A stretch of 62,829 bases of DNA, filler included, from Klebsormidium nitens (taxonomy: Eukaryota; Plantae; Klebsormidiophyceae): assembly GCA_000708835.1 (NCBI GenBank). It is 11 parts of 11 records of this genome, joined end to end, with 100 filler letters (N's around TTAATTAATTAA, not from the genome) between each part and the next. Parts side by side here need not be neighbours in the genome. Positions count along the whole stretch, not along the records: positions 1 to 3,104 come from DF238609.1; positions 3,205 to 6,658 come from DF238575.1; positions 6,759 to 8,799 come from DF238757.1; positions 8,900 to 12,728 come from DF238019.1; 7 more parts are not named here. One strand, written 5' to 3'. Below, in pieces: positions 1 through 11,120 of the stretch; position 1 is the first letter of the stretch, and every line of letters begins with the position of its first letter. The translations under genes were made by a program, and so were the position numbers. The notes beneath the pieces were generated by a model. That model did not search any database and was not told where the DNA came from. It saw only the letters and a list, made by a program, of their open reading frames with translations.

Positions 1-21
1 CGTGTGAACCCTGTCCAACCG

Positions 22-891
22 TCACACTACTGGCGTCGCTTGAAGATTCCCGTTCTTCTTCTCGCCACTTGCTTTCCGCCCCTTCTTGGACTCCGTTTTC
101 TTCTTGTCACGTTCGCTTTCACCGGTGCGCGCTTCTGCCCGGCTGCCGCTGTCCCCTTCGGCTTTGGGCGACTCCTCGTGGTTCTCCTCCGAACGGCCCC
201 CCTTGGCTGCGCTTGCCCGTTTGGGATTCTCCTCCGAGCTGTCGCTGTCGAGCACGGTGCCCCGGTCCTTGCGCCCGCCTCCGGTCTTCGGTTCTATCTC
301 ACAATTCCCCGTTCTTTCTGTTGGTCCGGTTTGTTCTCGCTCAATAGTTTTGGCTCGGACCCCTTTCTCCGCTTCCGAATGCTTCTCAATCGCGCCACCA
401 GGGGACTTCACTTCCGTTTCCTGGACCACTTTCTTCCAGACGAGCCCCGCCAAGCCTTTGCCGCCGAGCCCGCTGACAAGTTGCTTGCCCAAGTCAGCCG
501 GCTCATAGAGAGACTTTCTTGCAGTGATCTCACAAGCAATGGTCGCAAGGCTGTCGAGGGCTGCTAAGTTTCGAGAGGTGGCGACCTTAGTTGACACAGG
601 GTTGGTTTCGGGGGCACTGTTTGTCGCTGGGGGAGGGGCACTATTCGTCGGGGGAGGGGCACTCAGGGAAGCTGCGTTGCACTCGGAGGGATTGAGGAGT
701 GGGCCAGTTTCACCCTCGCCGCTGACGTCACGTGGCGAAGAGTTGTCAATCTTCAAGGGCGGGTGGCGGGTTGGCGAGGGGTTGCCAGCTTCTGTTGCGA
801 TGACGTCGGAAGGGCGGGTAGAGCCCTTGGGAAGAGTAGGAGTTGGTACCTGGAAGATTCGCACCAGAGATTCGTCAATCTTCTTGACCAC
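22..891 (-). CDS. Low-complexity (P/S/E/K/G-rich) hypothetical protein, probably a distal exon of the minus-strand gene that includes the zinc-finger exon at 1545-2135
   Basis: 289-aa open frame with disordered composition. The frame continues upstream across one TGA (AERKKERAAVYKSRP*AKGERHVVKK). No recognisable domain. Confidence 0.35.
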   Translation of the reverse strand: MVKKIDESLVRIFQVPTPTLPKGSTRPSDVIATEAGNPSPTRHPPLKIDNSSPRDVSGEGETGPLLNPSECNAASLSAPPPTNSAPPPATNSAPETNPVSTKVATSRNLAALDSLATIACEITARKSLYEPADLGKQLVSGLGGKGLAGLVWKKVVQETEVKSPGGAIEKHSEAEKGVRAKTIEREQTGPTERTGNCEIEPKTGGGRKDRGTVLDSDSSEENPKRASAAKGGRSEENHEESPKAEGDSGSRAEARTGESERDKKKTESKKGRKASGEKKNGNLQATPVV

Positions 892-1544
892 ATGACGCTC
901 TCCTTTTGCTCATGGCCTCGACTTGTAGACTGCAGCACGCTCCTTTTTGCGCTCGGCTCCTGACAATACAAGGTGGCGCTTTTTGAGCATTTTTTTGGAA
1001 TTGGCAGCGCCGTGCGGCGACGGCCTGAAACTATTCTTAACTCTTTCTTGCGCTAACCCGGTCTTACCCAGACACGTGGCACAATCAACCCGCCGCGGAA
1101 CACAAAGACCACGTGTGCTGAGCACCTTTCAGGTCAGAATCGGAAGCCCCTGTTCAAGCTTAGCACGAAGCTTCCCTAGCCGTAGGCTTTTCAATTTCTA
1201 ATCAGCTAAGCAAAACTTGGGTTATCCTTAACCCACAATAATTCCCACCATGCTAGTTCGCGCTTACTTGAAAGGCATGACCGGCCGAACAGCCAAACAG
1301 ATTTCGGTATGACGCTCCGTGCGAACCCGATTTAAGAAGTTCATTGCGCAACGCCTGTCATGACAGAACGGGCGTCAAAGTGCTCACTCGAAAACATGGC
1401 AAACGATTTCGTACACAAAACTTTGTTGAAAACGTATCGTCGCAATAGGAAGTCTGCTCTCGTGATAATCCACTCCAGTCAGTCCTCGCTACTACTAAAC
1501 GATATCATCTCGTCCAGTTTCTCCTCTCACTTCCTAGCAAGGCC

Positions 1545-2135
1545 TTACAAGAGGCTTCCTGGTGAGTGTGTGCGCTTGATCAAACGGAGGTGAAAATAAA
1601 AATTGCAGGTCGGGACAAACAGAGATTGCAAATGTTTACAAATACAAACAAAACGTTGCGACGATTGCGTCAAGTAGCTTCGATCGCTTGAAAGCTTGTC
1701 TCTGCCTGTCGTCGGGTCCAATTTGGGAGACTTTTGAATCGCGCTTACCTTAGCCTTGAGACTATCTGGCAGGTGCAGGTTGCAGAAAAGGAACTCTCCC
1801 TCGAACTCGTCCCCCACCAGGGCGCGCATGCACAAGCTGTGCAGAGGGCGCTTGCAGACCTGGCACCCATGCTGCGTCGCCGCACCGCGGCCGCGCCCTT
1901 GGCTGTCCGGGACGCACACGTCCATCACGCAGTTGAAGTGCCGGTCACAGTAGTAGCTCTCCCCGTACAGGTCCCCTTCATAGTGTTCAGCCATCAGGGA
2001 CTTCACGCACTCCACGTGGAGCGAAGCCTGGCAGACGCGGCACTGAACACGTGCTGCCCCGTCGCCCTCCTTGGTGGCAGCGCACTTGGTCATGTTGCAG
2101 ATGCTTTCGTTAGGTGAAGCAACTTCCTCTCCTTC
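1545..2135 (-). CDS. Exon encoding two tandem PHD-like Cys/His zinc fingers
   Basis: Two copies of C-x4-C-x13/16-C-x2-C-x4-H-x2-C-x19/15-C-x2-H (ICNMTKC...CRVCQASLHVEC...CDRH and NCVMDVC...CQVCKRPLHSLC...CNLH). A ctgcag splice acceptor lies just upstream of EGEEVASPNESIC. Confidence 0.6.
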   Translation of the reverse strand, partial: EGEEVASPNESICNMTKCAATKEGDGAARVQCRVCQASLHVECVKSLMAEHYEGDLYGESYYCDRHFNCVMDVCVPDSQGRGRGAATQHGCQVCKRPLHSLCMRALVGDEFEGEFLFCNLHLPDSLKAKVSAIQKSPKLDPTTGRDKLSSDRSYLTQSSQRFVCICKHLQSLFVPTCNFYFHLRLIKRTHSPGSLL

Positions 2136-3104
2136 CTGCAGATGAAAGAAGAGTAAAACCCGTTTCTTTGCTATGCGCTTTGAACAGATGGGCCACTGCC
2201 CACCCCGCTTTGCATCGAAAGGAGGGGAGGATCAATAAGAACAGCCACGCCAAGCCACAATCACACAAACTGATTCCAACCGGTTCGTGCCAGGCTGTAT
2301 GTCAATTTCTGGAACACTTATATATCTCAATTTTGGGAACAACAGTTCCAGTTGCCGCAAGAAAACTGCGGGTAGAAACAACCCGAATCTGCTGCACTTT
2401 AAGTACATGACAATACCAGCCAACGTTGGAGGGTCGGCATCCAATTCCATAAGAAACACTTTTCGAAAGAATAGATCATCGTTCATGTATCGATCGATGT
2501 GTCTCAAAGGCGCAATTTCTCTTGCAGGCCAACGAAGAGTATACAAGAAAGCCAGCTTTCAAGGATATGCTTACCTCCAATGCAGATTGCTTACTTCCGC
2601 ACCTCATGAACTGGGCATAATCTTCTTCAAATGCGGCAGATGACGAAAGCAATACTGCGAAGCACAGAGTGGCAGAAAGAAAGAGCCAATGATTAGAATG
2701 CTCGGAAAGAAAGAGCCACTGATTGGAATGCTCTTCACAGCTTTTCAAAGTGTGAAGGACTTAACTACAGAAGACTTTTTGCAAGCCCTCGTTGATACTT
2801 CGATCATTGGAGTGACTCCTCATGTCATTCAATGAAGCCATGCGAATGAAATGAAACATGTTGAGGGGGCCTCAATTCTGTTTCCTCAAATCCATTGTCA
2901 AAGTACGACCCGGCGACCCCGGCGCTTTGCGGCGCAGGTCTTCAAGTTCTCACAGTAACTTGTAATCTACCCGTTTGTGACGGTTGGCCAGCTTAAGCGA
3001 AGCGCTTGCAGGATAACTAGACACACATAGGGCAGCCATGTGCGGAAACCATGGTTGCAGGCATTCTCGGATGGAGGCGCTTGCTCTGTAAAAATGTTGT
3101 CTTT

Positions 3105-3204
3105 NNNNNNNNNNNNNNNNNNNNNNNNNNNNNNNNNNNNNNNNNNNNTTAATTAATTAANNNNNNNNNNNNNNNNNNNNNNNNNNNNNNNNNNNNNNNN
3201 NNNN
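3105..3204. other. Assembly gap with TTAATTAATTAA spacer. Same pattern at 6659-6758, 8800-8899, 12729-12828, 18098-18197, 36735-36834, 39292-39391, 41935-42034, 43640-43739 and 56280-56379
   Basis: N runs flanking an identical 12-mer that has stops in all six frames. Artificial; true gap sizes are unknown. Confidence 0.97.
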
Positions 3205-3290
3205 ATGACATACTGCCATGACAAAGTAGGAGAAGTTCGTCTGCGCCATGCATCTGCAAATGTGCAGCGAAGTCATCTTCAGTGAGCTCA

Positions 3291-3603
3291 TGCCCGGTTC
3301 ACATGCGTCCAGTTTTGCTCAGTTTTGCTTGGTTTTGCCAAATATGTCCGACGTGGCAGCTCCGTAATCAGCGGGACGCATATGAACACCACTTTCGAAA
3401 ACCGAGCAAAACCGAGCTCGGTATTTGCCGAGTATCCGAAAACTGGCCAAAACTCGCTGAAACTCGACCGCATTTCAAAGCTGCGTATTTGTCAAAACCG
3501 AACGCGGTCGACGGAGGCCGCGTTTTGAAAGACGAAAACGCGGCCCATTTTGCCGAGTTTTCGCCGGTTTCGGCAAACTTTGAAAACGCATGTGAACCGG
3601 GCA
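3291..3603. mobile_element. PIF/Harbinger-type MITE (313 bp)
   Basis: Perfect 18-bp TIR TGCCCGGTTCACATGCGT (3291-3308) / ACGCATGTGAACCGGGCA (3586-3603). 3-bp TSD TCA at 3288-3290 and 3604-3606. Interior is full of short AAAAC/GTTTT subrepeats and has no coding capacity. Confidence 0.78.
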
Positions 3604-3779
3604 TCAGCAAACGGTCTGTCATTTGGCAGTAACGCCAACCGGTCTCGAAAAACGTCGAGGATATGCATGCTTGCCGAAATGGTCTCGGAAAGCCCGGACC
3701 GGGGTATGGAACCGGGCCGACGCGGGTTGGGGAGCGGCTGCCTCGGCCGGGACCATAATAGCCGGAAGGTCCCGAAAGT

Positions 3780-4000
3780 GTTCCATGTCGGGAGGGCTGG
3801 AGTACCGATGTCGGGACCGTACTCGGTCCCGTGTTTCCGTACCATTTCGGTACTAAATCGGCACAGTACCCGGTTCGAGATCGGGACCTGCATCATTGCC
3901 GTCGTCACACAAAATCGGGCCGTTTTCGGTACCGGAGATCATACTTTTACGGTACTGTGCTGGACAAAATTCGGTACGGTGCTGGTGCCGAGAGGCACCG
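3780..4000. repeat. CGGTAC/GTACCG-rich segment resembling DNA-transposon subterminal repeats
   Basis: Many CGGTAC/GTACC motifs on both strands. 10-bp inverted pair GCACAGTACC (3861) / GGTACTGTGC (3951). No TIR/TSD found. Confidence 0.3.
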
Positions 4001-6758
4001 TGTTATGGTTGTGGTAGCACTCGTCGGCTCATTGCAGGACCATTGCGCGCTGCCAGCAAATTACACTAAGGCACTTGGCTACTGTGCATCACTCAGATGC
4101 TAGGAAAAGCCTTATGAAGTTCAGTTCAGTGGTGTATTATCCAGATTATCTACCATCACTTTTGACAGAAGCTTAGCGTACGACATGGTCTACTAACGTT
4201 TAATTGCTCCCCAGTTTCAATGCCAGAGCTGAGGATGTTCGCCATCTAGAGGAAGTGGAGCAGATTAATTTTAGGTTTGCTCCTGTGGCTGAAGCCACAA
4301 GTGTTGTCTCTAAGGCTCCAAGTCGTAGCTATCATTGCTTCATTGAACTGATTACGGAGAAGTCACAATCAAAGCTGGCCGCTGCGCATGAGACTCTGGT
4401 TTGAGCCTGCCAAACTGCTCAGCCTGCTCATGACGACGGCTTACCTTGCTTTCCAGAGCACAATCCTCCGGGGTCTGCTTTTCAGGACCTTCTTTTCGTT
4501 GGGTCACTGCAAAAGTGAACAGACCAATTCAGATAACTGCTGATCAAGTTGACTATGGATATCAAAATCTTCTTTGCAGATGCTCACAATTTTCTAACAG
4601 ATCCCTTGACTTAGTAAGCCTAACCACAGCAATGATATTGTGACAGTCTCCCAACATAATGTTGCTCAACTGAATGGATGATGCTGCTATGATGCATGCG
4701 GCTTTGACTTCTGATGATGTGGCAGGTTGCAGCTACAGCCTAGGCTAAAAGATGGAAAAGAAGACTCACAGGTCAGATCGACTCAATTGGAGCACAATCA
4801 GCTACAGCTTAACTTTTCCCGGTTGCAGTCCTGTTTTCAATCGCTAAGACCCTGTAAACGAGATAAGACACCTATGTTAGCTCTAATATGAGAAGCTTAT
4901 CGCACATGATCGTTACCAACATTTGATCAGAAACTTGCGGATTCTGTATAGAAGCCAGCTTCTGATGCTCTGATACACAAGCTAAATATTCCATCAAGCT
5001 AGTCTAAATGCATGCGGGCCCATGCATGGCTTGAAGCTAAGGAAATATGCGGACCATGCTTAGAAGCAAGAAATTGTACAGGGGCGTTCGAGCAATTCTC
5101 TGTGTGCTTGAATCTGCTGTTAAATGAAATGAAAAGTGAAGCTGGATACACAAAGTTCATGAAGCTCACAAGTTACATTGGCAAGCATATCATCTTACTA
5201 ATTTGCTGCAGAGGCACTTGACCTAGGTTATTGCGACACACCTTAAGGGCTTGTTTTGAAAGTCACCCGCCCGTGGCGTCCCAATGAGCCTGCACATCAT
5301 AGGACCAGATATCAGCTAGCAATGAACACCAAGAATGCCTTGAAAGCCTGCTCTTCACATTGTCCAGGTACTTGCAGCATTTAAGACCTTGGAATCAATT
5401 ACAAGCATACAAGCTGCCGTAGAAAGAAGGTCCTCTCAGTCCTCATCAGCTCGCAAATCCTAGTCTCAATCTCAGGCTCAACACTAGTGCAAGCTCAGCT
5501 TAGGCTGAATGAGTACTTACCAACTCAAAGGAAACAGATGCAAAGCCTGCTGAGGCTGCCAGCTTCCCTTGTTGCTCAGCTGACATTGAGTGGGGCACCA
5601 TATATGGCTTAGGCCACGAACCTGATCAACGCAGTAGGTACATGGTCACGTTGATCTGATTGATTATTGAAATTTTAGGAAGGGAGCCCTTTGGACACAA
5701 TCACAATTGCAGCGATGCTTGGCCTGTGAAAGAAGCTGAAGAAGAAGGAAGCATGGAAGCATGAAGACGCGCTCAAGAGAGTCTCACAAAAGCTGCTTGA
5801 CATGAGCTTAAGTCAGCTGGCCAAGAAGTGCCAACACAGTGCTCAAGACTATGAACAGATGCAGTACTTCAACCTACCGGCAATATGAGACCCATCTAAG
5901 CTAGCTGATCTTCAATCGTATTCCACTGGAGCAAATCGATGTTACTGAGAGTGAAGCTTAACAAGAGCTCACCTGTAAGTTGTAAGCAGTCCAGTTCTGA
6001 AATGTGGAACCCAGGCTGAAAACAACAAGAGTATACACAGCATGCCCCACATGAGCTGCGCAAACAGCGGCCGGCCCTTGGCGCTAGCCGATAAGTTGCG
6101 CAGCGACGCAGGGTCCCTGGCTGTCTTATCTGCAGGCAATGCAGGGTTTTTCAACCATAGAGTACTTGCATTGCTCCATCTTAGATCTTCATTGTAGGAC
6201 ATTGATCTGATACATCAGTAGCTCCGGTCAAGCAAGCAAACATTTGCCAAGCTAGAGTGCACCCTCAGGTCTAGTCATTCCACTTGACGATAGGCTCCTA
6301 CTTCAGCTGACATCTGAGTGATTTTGAATGGAGATGTATAAATAATCATGCTGACGATAACACTGATGCCGTTGTGCTAAGGCCATTCTGTGGGTTGTTC
6401 TGCTTGGCGTACCTTGTTGATCGTCCGGCAAGTCACTGATCAGGGTGCAGCAGCCTCCGGCGGGTCCGCAGCCAAGATTTTCCACAAGTTTTCACCTCAG
6501 GCAGCCGTCCAGCAGACTCTGACAGCTTCTGGCTGCTTGTTTCACCAGGCTTCAACTGCTCAGTTCGTTGAAAGAGCGCCACAGCAAAATGACCAGATAC
6601 CGCCAATCTAGACTGAGTCACGGTGAGTGTCTGAAGACTGAAATCAGTATTATTGCGGNNNNNNNNNNNNNNNNNNNNNNNNNNNNNNNNNNNNNNNNNN
6701 NNTTAATTAATTAANNNNNNNNNNNNNNNNNNNNNNNNNNNNNNNNNNNNNNNNNNNN

Positions 6759-7181
6759 AATGAATGAGTGGGATGTTTTTCAAGTAGTACAAGTCTTCTG
6801 AGCTAGCTCAAGCCTAGCTTTAAACCCTAGCTGTTTCAATCGACAAATCAACGGTCACTATCCGTCGTTGCCTACAAAAGAACTCATTGGACGGCTACAC
6901 CGAATTACACATCACAAAAGAACCCTTTCACAATGGACTCGATTCTACATCTCACCTTTCGCGCATCCTACGATGGATATGTAATCATGCAAGCTCACAA
7001 TCGTACGGCCAAACCTTATGCATCAAACCTACGATTCTATGGACGACTCAATCACAAGACATTATAGCGTTCTCAAAGCTAGTACCTCCTACATCTAGCA
7101 TAAGGAGAAAGAGCGGAAGTAGCCATTAATTCCGCCTACTTCTATCACAATTTGGCCGTCTATCAACCCCAAATCTGAACA
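6759..7181 (-). mobile_element. 3' LTR (partial, runs into gap) of a minus-strand copia element
   Basis: On the minus strand a purine tract GCGTGGGAG is directly followed by TGTTCAG at 7181. Contains AAACCCTA. Copia protease remnant lies upstream on the same strand. Confidence 0.6.
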
Positions 7182-7559
7182 CTCCCACGCGGATAATTGT
7201 CCCGCTTGCATCTAACCCCTCCTACCCGCTCGCTTCTTGGCCTTCGGTATTACCCAACCCGTCTCGCTTTTCCAAAAATTTCTGGATGGCACACGTGCCC
7301 GCTCTGAATAACGTTTGCCGTCCATATCTAGCGACATCACCTCTTCGTTGGTCCATCCGTGTCAATTTCTCGTGTCAACCGTGCTTCCACGGCTTCCGCT
7401 GCGGCAGTCGCTCCCACGGCTTCTGCTACAGCTCCCACGGCTTCCGTGACGCCGTTCCTCTCCGTCTCCATCTTGATCAGGTTCTTTGCCACCGCCGGAG
7501 TCTTGGTTCCCTCGATGCTCCCATCCACCAATTGTGCGCTTCCCCCAATCGTCCGAGTC

Positions 7560-8013
7560 AAGGTCACCTCCGTTTGCTTCTTCTCCACACCCACTTGCGG
7601 CTTCGGTGCCGCCTTCTCCGATGCTCCGTCTTGACCGGCCCCTTGACTGTCAAAAATGCTTTTGCCTTCTCACGGTCGCAATCTCCTACAATCCGCCGTG
7701 TTGCACCGCCTTCATTCTTACCACGCCTTCCGTCTCAAACCGCGCAACCCCCTTGTCAGAGGAGATTCGTGCTCCCGCATCCGTTGCTCGTCGCATGGCG
7801 AACAAGTTTGCTCTCGCTCCCGAAACGTGCAAATCTCGTTCAAATTTACCGTGCTCGCTTCGAGTGGCGTCTCACACTTCAAGACAACTCTCTTCATCCC
7901 CATCGCCGTCGAAGCTTCTCCTCCAAGCCCCCCAATTTTCTCCATATGTGCAAGCCTCTGATAGCTTGCAAATTGGCTTTTTTCCTCTTGATGTGTTGCG
8001 TGCTTTCCGAATT
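7560..8013 (-). pseudogene. Degenerate Ty1/copia protease to pre-integrase fragment of an internally deleted element
   Basis: Frameshifted translation: SESTQH (DSG-x-TQH protease motif), KSQFASYQRLAHMEKIGGLGGEAST, LHVSGARANLFAMRRATDAGARIS, EIATVRRQKAFL. Several stops and frameshifts. Confidence 0.6.
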
Positions 8014-8365
8014 TGTTGAAACACAGCGTGGCTGGAAGTGATATTGAATCAATCAAGTTCACCCAATGTATATAGAGTGTGTCAAGTCGTGGCCTAGCTT
8101 TAGGTCTACACTACTAGCCTAGTAGGCTCAGTGGAGTGTCACTATGTAAGTTCAAAGACTTCACTCTATACCGCACCTCGATGGCTAATATGGAACCTAC
8201 TTCATATCGACGGTTATCGTAATAAGTCATTCGGGTGTTACCGTCGAAACCCTAACTCCAAATTACCGTCAAACAACCGTCGACGTTTCCAGCGCCCAAT
8301 CTTTAATTTGCGGTCCCAAACTTCTAGTCTTAGATTCCATGTGTCTACGCTCCTTAATCTTAACA
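8014..8365 (-). mobile_element. 3' LTR (352 bp) of a second copia family, nested in the protease site of the first
   Basis: TG...CA termini (TGTTG/TAACA). PPT TGGGGGAG adjacent on the minus strand, followed by RNase H. A second copy of this LTR starts at 12669. Confidence 0.82.
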
Positions 8366-8799
8366 CTCCCCCACAAAATAATTTTGGGCAATTCTTAACT
8401 CGCTCAGCTTGCACTTCTTGAACTTCCCCGATGCTGACGCCTTGGTCAGGATGTCCACCTTCATGTCCTCCGATCTGGAGAACGCAAACCCGACATCCTT
8501 GCGTGCCACGCGCTCCCATGCAAGGTGATGAATCACTTCAATGTGCTTTGGTCGCTGTGAAGCGATCGGATGCTTTAGGAGCCGTATTGCCCCTTGGTTG
8601 TCGCAATAAATTTGAAGCGTTCCGAGGCCCAACTCAATATCTCCCCCAAGCTTGCGAAACCATAGCGCCCCCTTTACAGCTTGCGCTGCACTCAGGTACT
8701 CAGCTTCCACTGTCGAGGCCGCCACCGTTGGTTGCAACCTGCTCGACCAGCTGATCGCACCCACGTACATCAGGAAGATGTACTCCGTTGTGGACTGCC
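8366..8799 (-). pseudogene. Ty1/copia RNase H domain (C-terminus of Pol)
   Basis: AISWSSRLQPTVAASTVEAEY...IYCDNQGAI...KHI...DILTK are canonical copia RNase H motifs. Upstream part is lost in the gap. Confidence 0.92.
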
Positions 8800-8899
8800 N
8801 NNNNNNNNNNNNNNNNNNNNNNNNNNNNNNNNNNNNNNNNNNNTTAATTAATTAANNNNNNNNNNNNNNNNNNNNNNNNNNNNNNNNNNNNNNNNNNNN

Positions 8900-9906
8900 A
8901 TGACGTCGTCCCCGAGGACGATCCTCGCCAGCTTATTGCCGAGTTCCGTAACCACCCGTTTCTGGAAGCTGACGTCCGGGTCCACCCGGTGCTGCATCCG
9001 CGAAGTGCCGCAGGCAAGATCGTCCCGGCCCGGATCAAAGAAATCTACATACAGCGACGCACATCCCACACAATCCACCTCGTTCAGTAAAAGCAGGGGT
9101 TTGGCTGTATCGAGGACGCAAAAAAAGTCCCCGTCCCGGTGCTTTTTCGGAAAAAAAGCGACCACGTCCAACCGGAACAGGGCCTTCCGTCCGATTTCCA
9201 CTCCGAAACCTTCCGTGAATGCCTTGTGGGCGGCTGCCGCGAACTCGCACAGCCTGTTGTAGAACCCCGAGTTGGCCCATGTGCGGATAAGGTTGTTGGC
9301 CCGGTCCCCGCTTGCACCTGCCACCGTTGTGGTGTAGTCCGGCGTCAGCATGACGTCATCCGGCTTCACCACATCGCTGTACGTCTCCCCTTCTCTGCAG
9401 TACACCGACCCGTTGCTCCCGTTGCTGTATCGGGGCGTATAGACGACCCGGATCCTCTCCATGCAGCTCGATGGGCTCAATACACTCCACCTCCTACACA
9501 GATGCAGACGGACCGTCAGCCAGACAATGAGCCACTGAACTTGAAAGGGGCTATTGGCCTCCGCGCTCGCAGCGACACTTGAATCAACCGTGCGTCCCTG
9601 CAAACCGGACCACGTGACAATTTTGAGCGACCGCAATAATGCAAGAGGGTGTAATCGGTTGCCCTCTGGGACATGTCCCATAACGTCCTCTTCAAGCTCT
9701 AAGCAGACGGCGTTCTCTCTCCTATAGGTCGCTTTTCCGGAACCAATATACCTGACAGCTTGAATACACAGTGGGTTGTCAGGGAGAGTCAGACCCACTG
9801 GCACCTTGACAGCTACGTACCTCTTCTTCTGTTGCGTGCGATGCCGAACGCAGCAGGCCAGCATACCGGCCGGTAGGCACATTGCCTTCGCTGCACCGCG
9901 CATCCT
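8900..9906 (-). CDS. Hypothetical protein with possible ATP-grasp-like C-terminal subdomain; probably multi-exon (upstream exons to ~10970) and truncated by the gap
   Basis: Long open frame. LFRLDVVAFF...LLLLNEVD...ASLY resembles the R-x-D...N-E-x metal-binding region of ATP-grasp ligases. GT/AG sites upstream. Confidence 0.35.
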
Positions 9907-11120
9907 ACACAAGACAATTAACCCGTAAGAAGATGTCGCGCCGTTGGATTTGGCATGTGATGCGAAGACGGTGATCTTCCCGTGGGGCCAACTTGTAAGT
10001 CCGAACTAAAGATTGAATAAAATAAACAAGTTTATAGATAAATTTGCTGCTTTTTTGCGACGGGTACACCGGGCCCCACGCTCACAGGCTTTGGGTCACC
10101 TGCAAACACAAACTTTGACCAAGCATAATTTGCTCAATATTAACCTGCTGATATTCAACTGGCAGTCAAAGTTCATCCTCTTTTTGTCAGCTTTTCAATG
10201 GTGTTACCTGACAAAACCAGTTCGAACATGATATGGTTATAGACTTGAAAACGTATCGGGAGGTACGCCTGGTCACACTTTTTGTTTTCTCGGACAGGAG
10301 TTGTTCTGAGCAGAGACGTGCTTCAAAGACATCCGCCTGCTTAGATGTACGCTCAGCAATCGGGGAGAAGCATGGGTGCAAAAGACAGCTACATACCGAT
10401 CTGTGTGGTGCGCGGCGTCCCGTCCCACTCCGGACAGCCCCCCTCGCAGCTCCACGCTGCGTCGCCAAAGTGCCAACGGCAGCAGCGTGCAGCCCGCCTC
10501 TCTGCTTGGAAAACAACACGGCGCGCATTATCCGGAGTAACGCGCTTATGTGAAATGATGCGTTGAGCGGCTGTGATCAGGACTTGATCTACAATGCAAT
10601 TATCCCTAAGAGTTCACTGCCAGTCTGATCGCCCCTTTGACCTCCTCTGGCTGTGCACGCCAAAGCAATGGGACCCCGCCAGTGTCAACCTGGCAGTGGG
10701 CCGCTACCGCTTCATGTAACAAGCATTGGACATGGTCAGGAACTATGTGTCCCATCTTCCTTCCAAAATTCCCGGCCCCCCGCACTACGATGTCCCATGC
10801 ACACTCCGCCGACCGCTTCAGCGAGCTGCCTAAAATGTAGTAACCAGCAGAAGCAAGCGCTCAGAAGATGAGCAAGGGGGGCGCAAGTTTGAGCCTGGAA
10901 AGATGTCAGGAAGTAGTGCAGTCTGCGATGTGTTGAATGGCCGCCAAGATTTGCGACGTGGAGGGTCAAACATTGGTTGTTACAACCATTGGCCTTGAAG
11001 CGCCCTTTCGACCTCCCTCCACTTCCTTCGACTGTGCTTCGTCAAATGTGCTAGGATTCCGAGTTTATGGGCACGTACCACTTAATGTCTCGATTGAATC
11101 TGTGCGCCAAGGTCGGCCAA

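Noticed and set aside
26-34. CACTACTGG resembling a CACTA TIR
   Set aside because: No matching inverted end found in the window, and it lies within an open frame.
2675-2733. 30-bp tandem duplication GAAAGAAAGAGCCA(A/C)TGATT(A/G)GAATGCTC
   Set aside because: Only two copies; ordinary local duplication with no spacer structure.
3149-3160. Recurrent TTAATTAATTAA motif (10 copies) and ORFs ending in X...LIN
   Set aside because: Artificial spacer inside N gaps; not biological, and not a CRISPR-like repeat.
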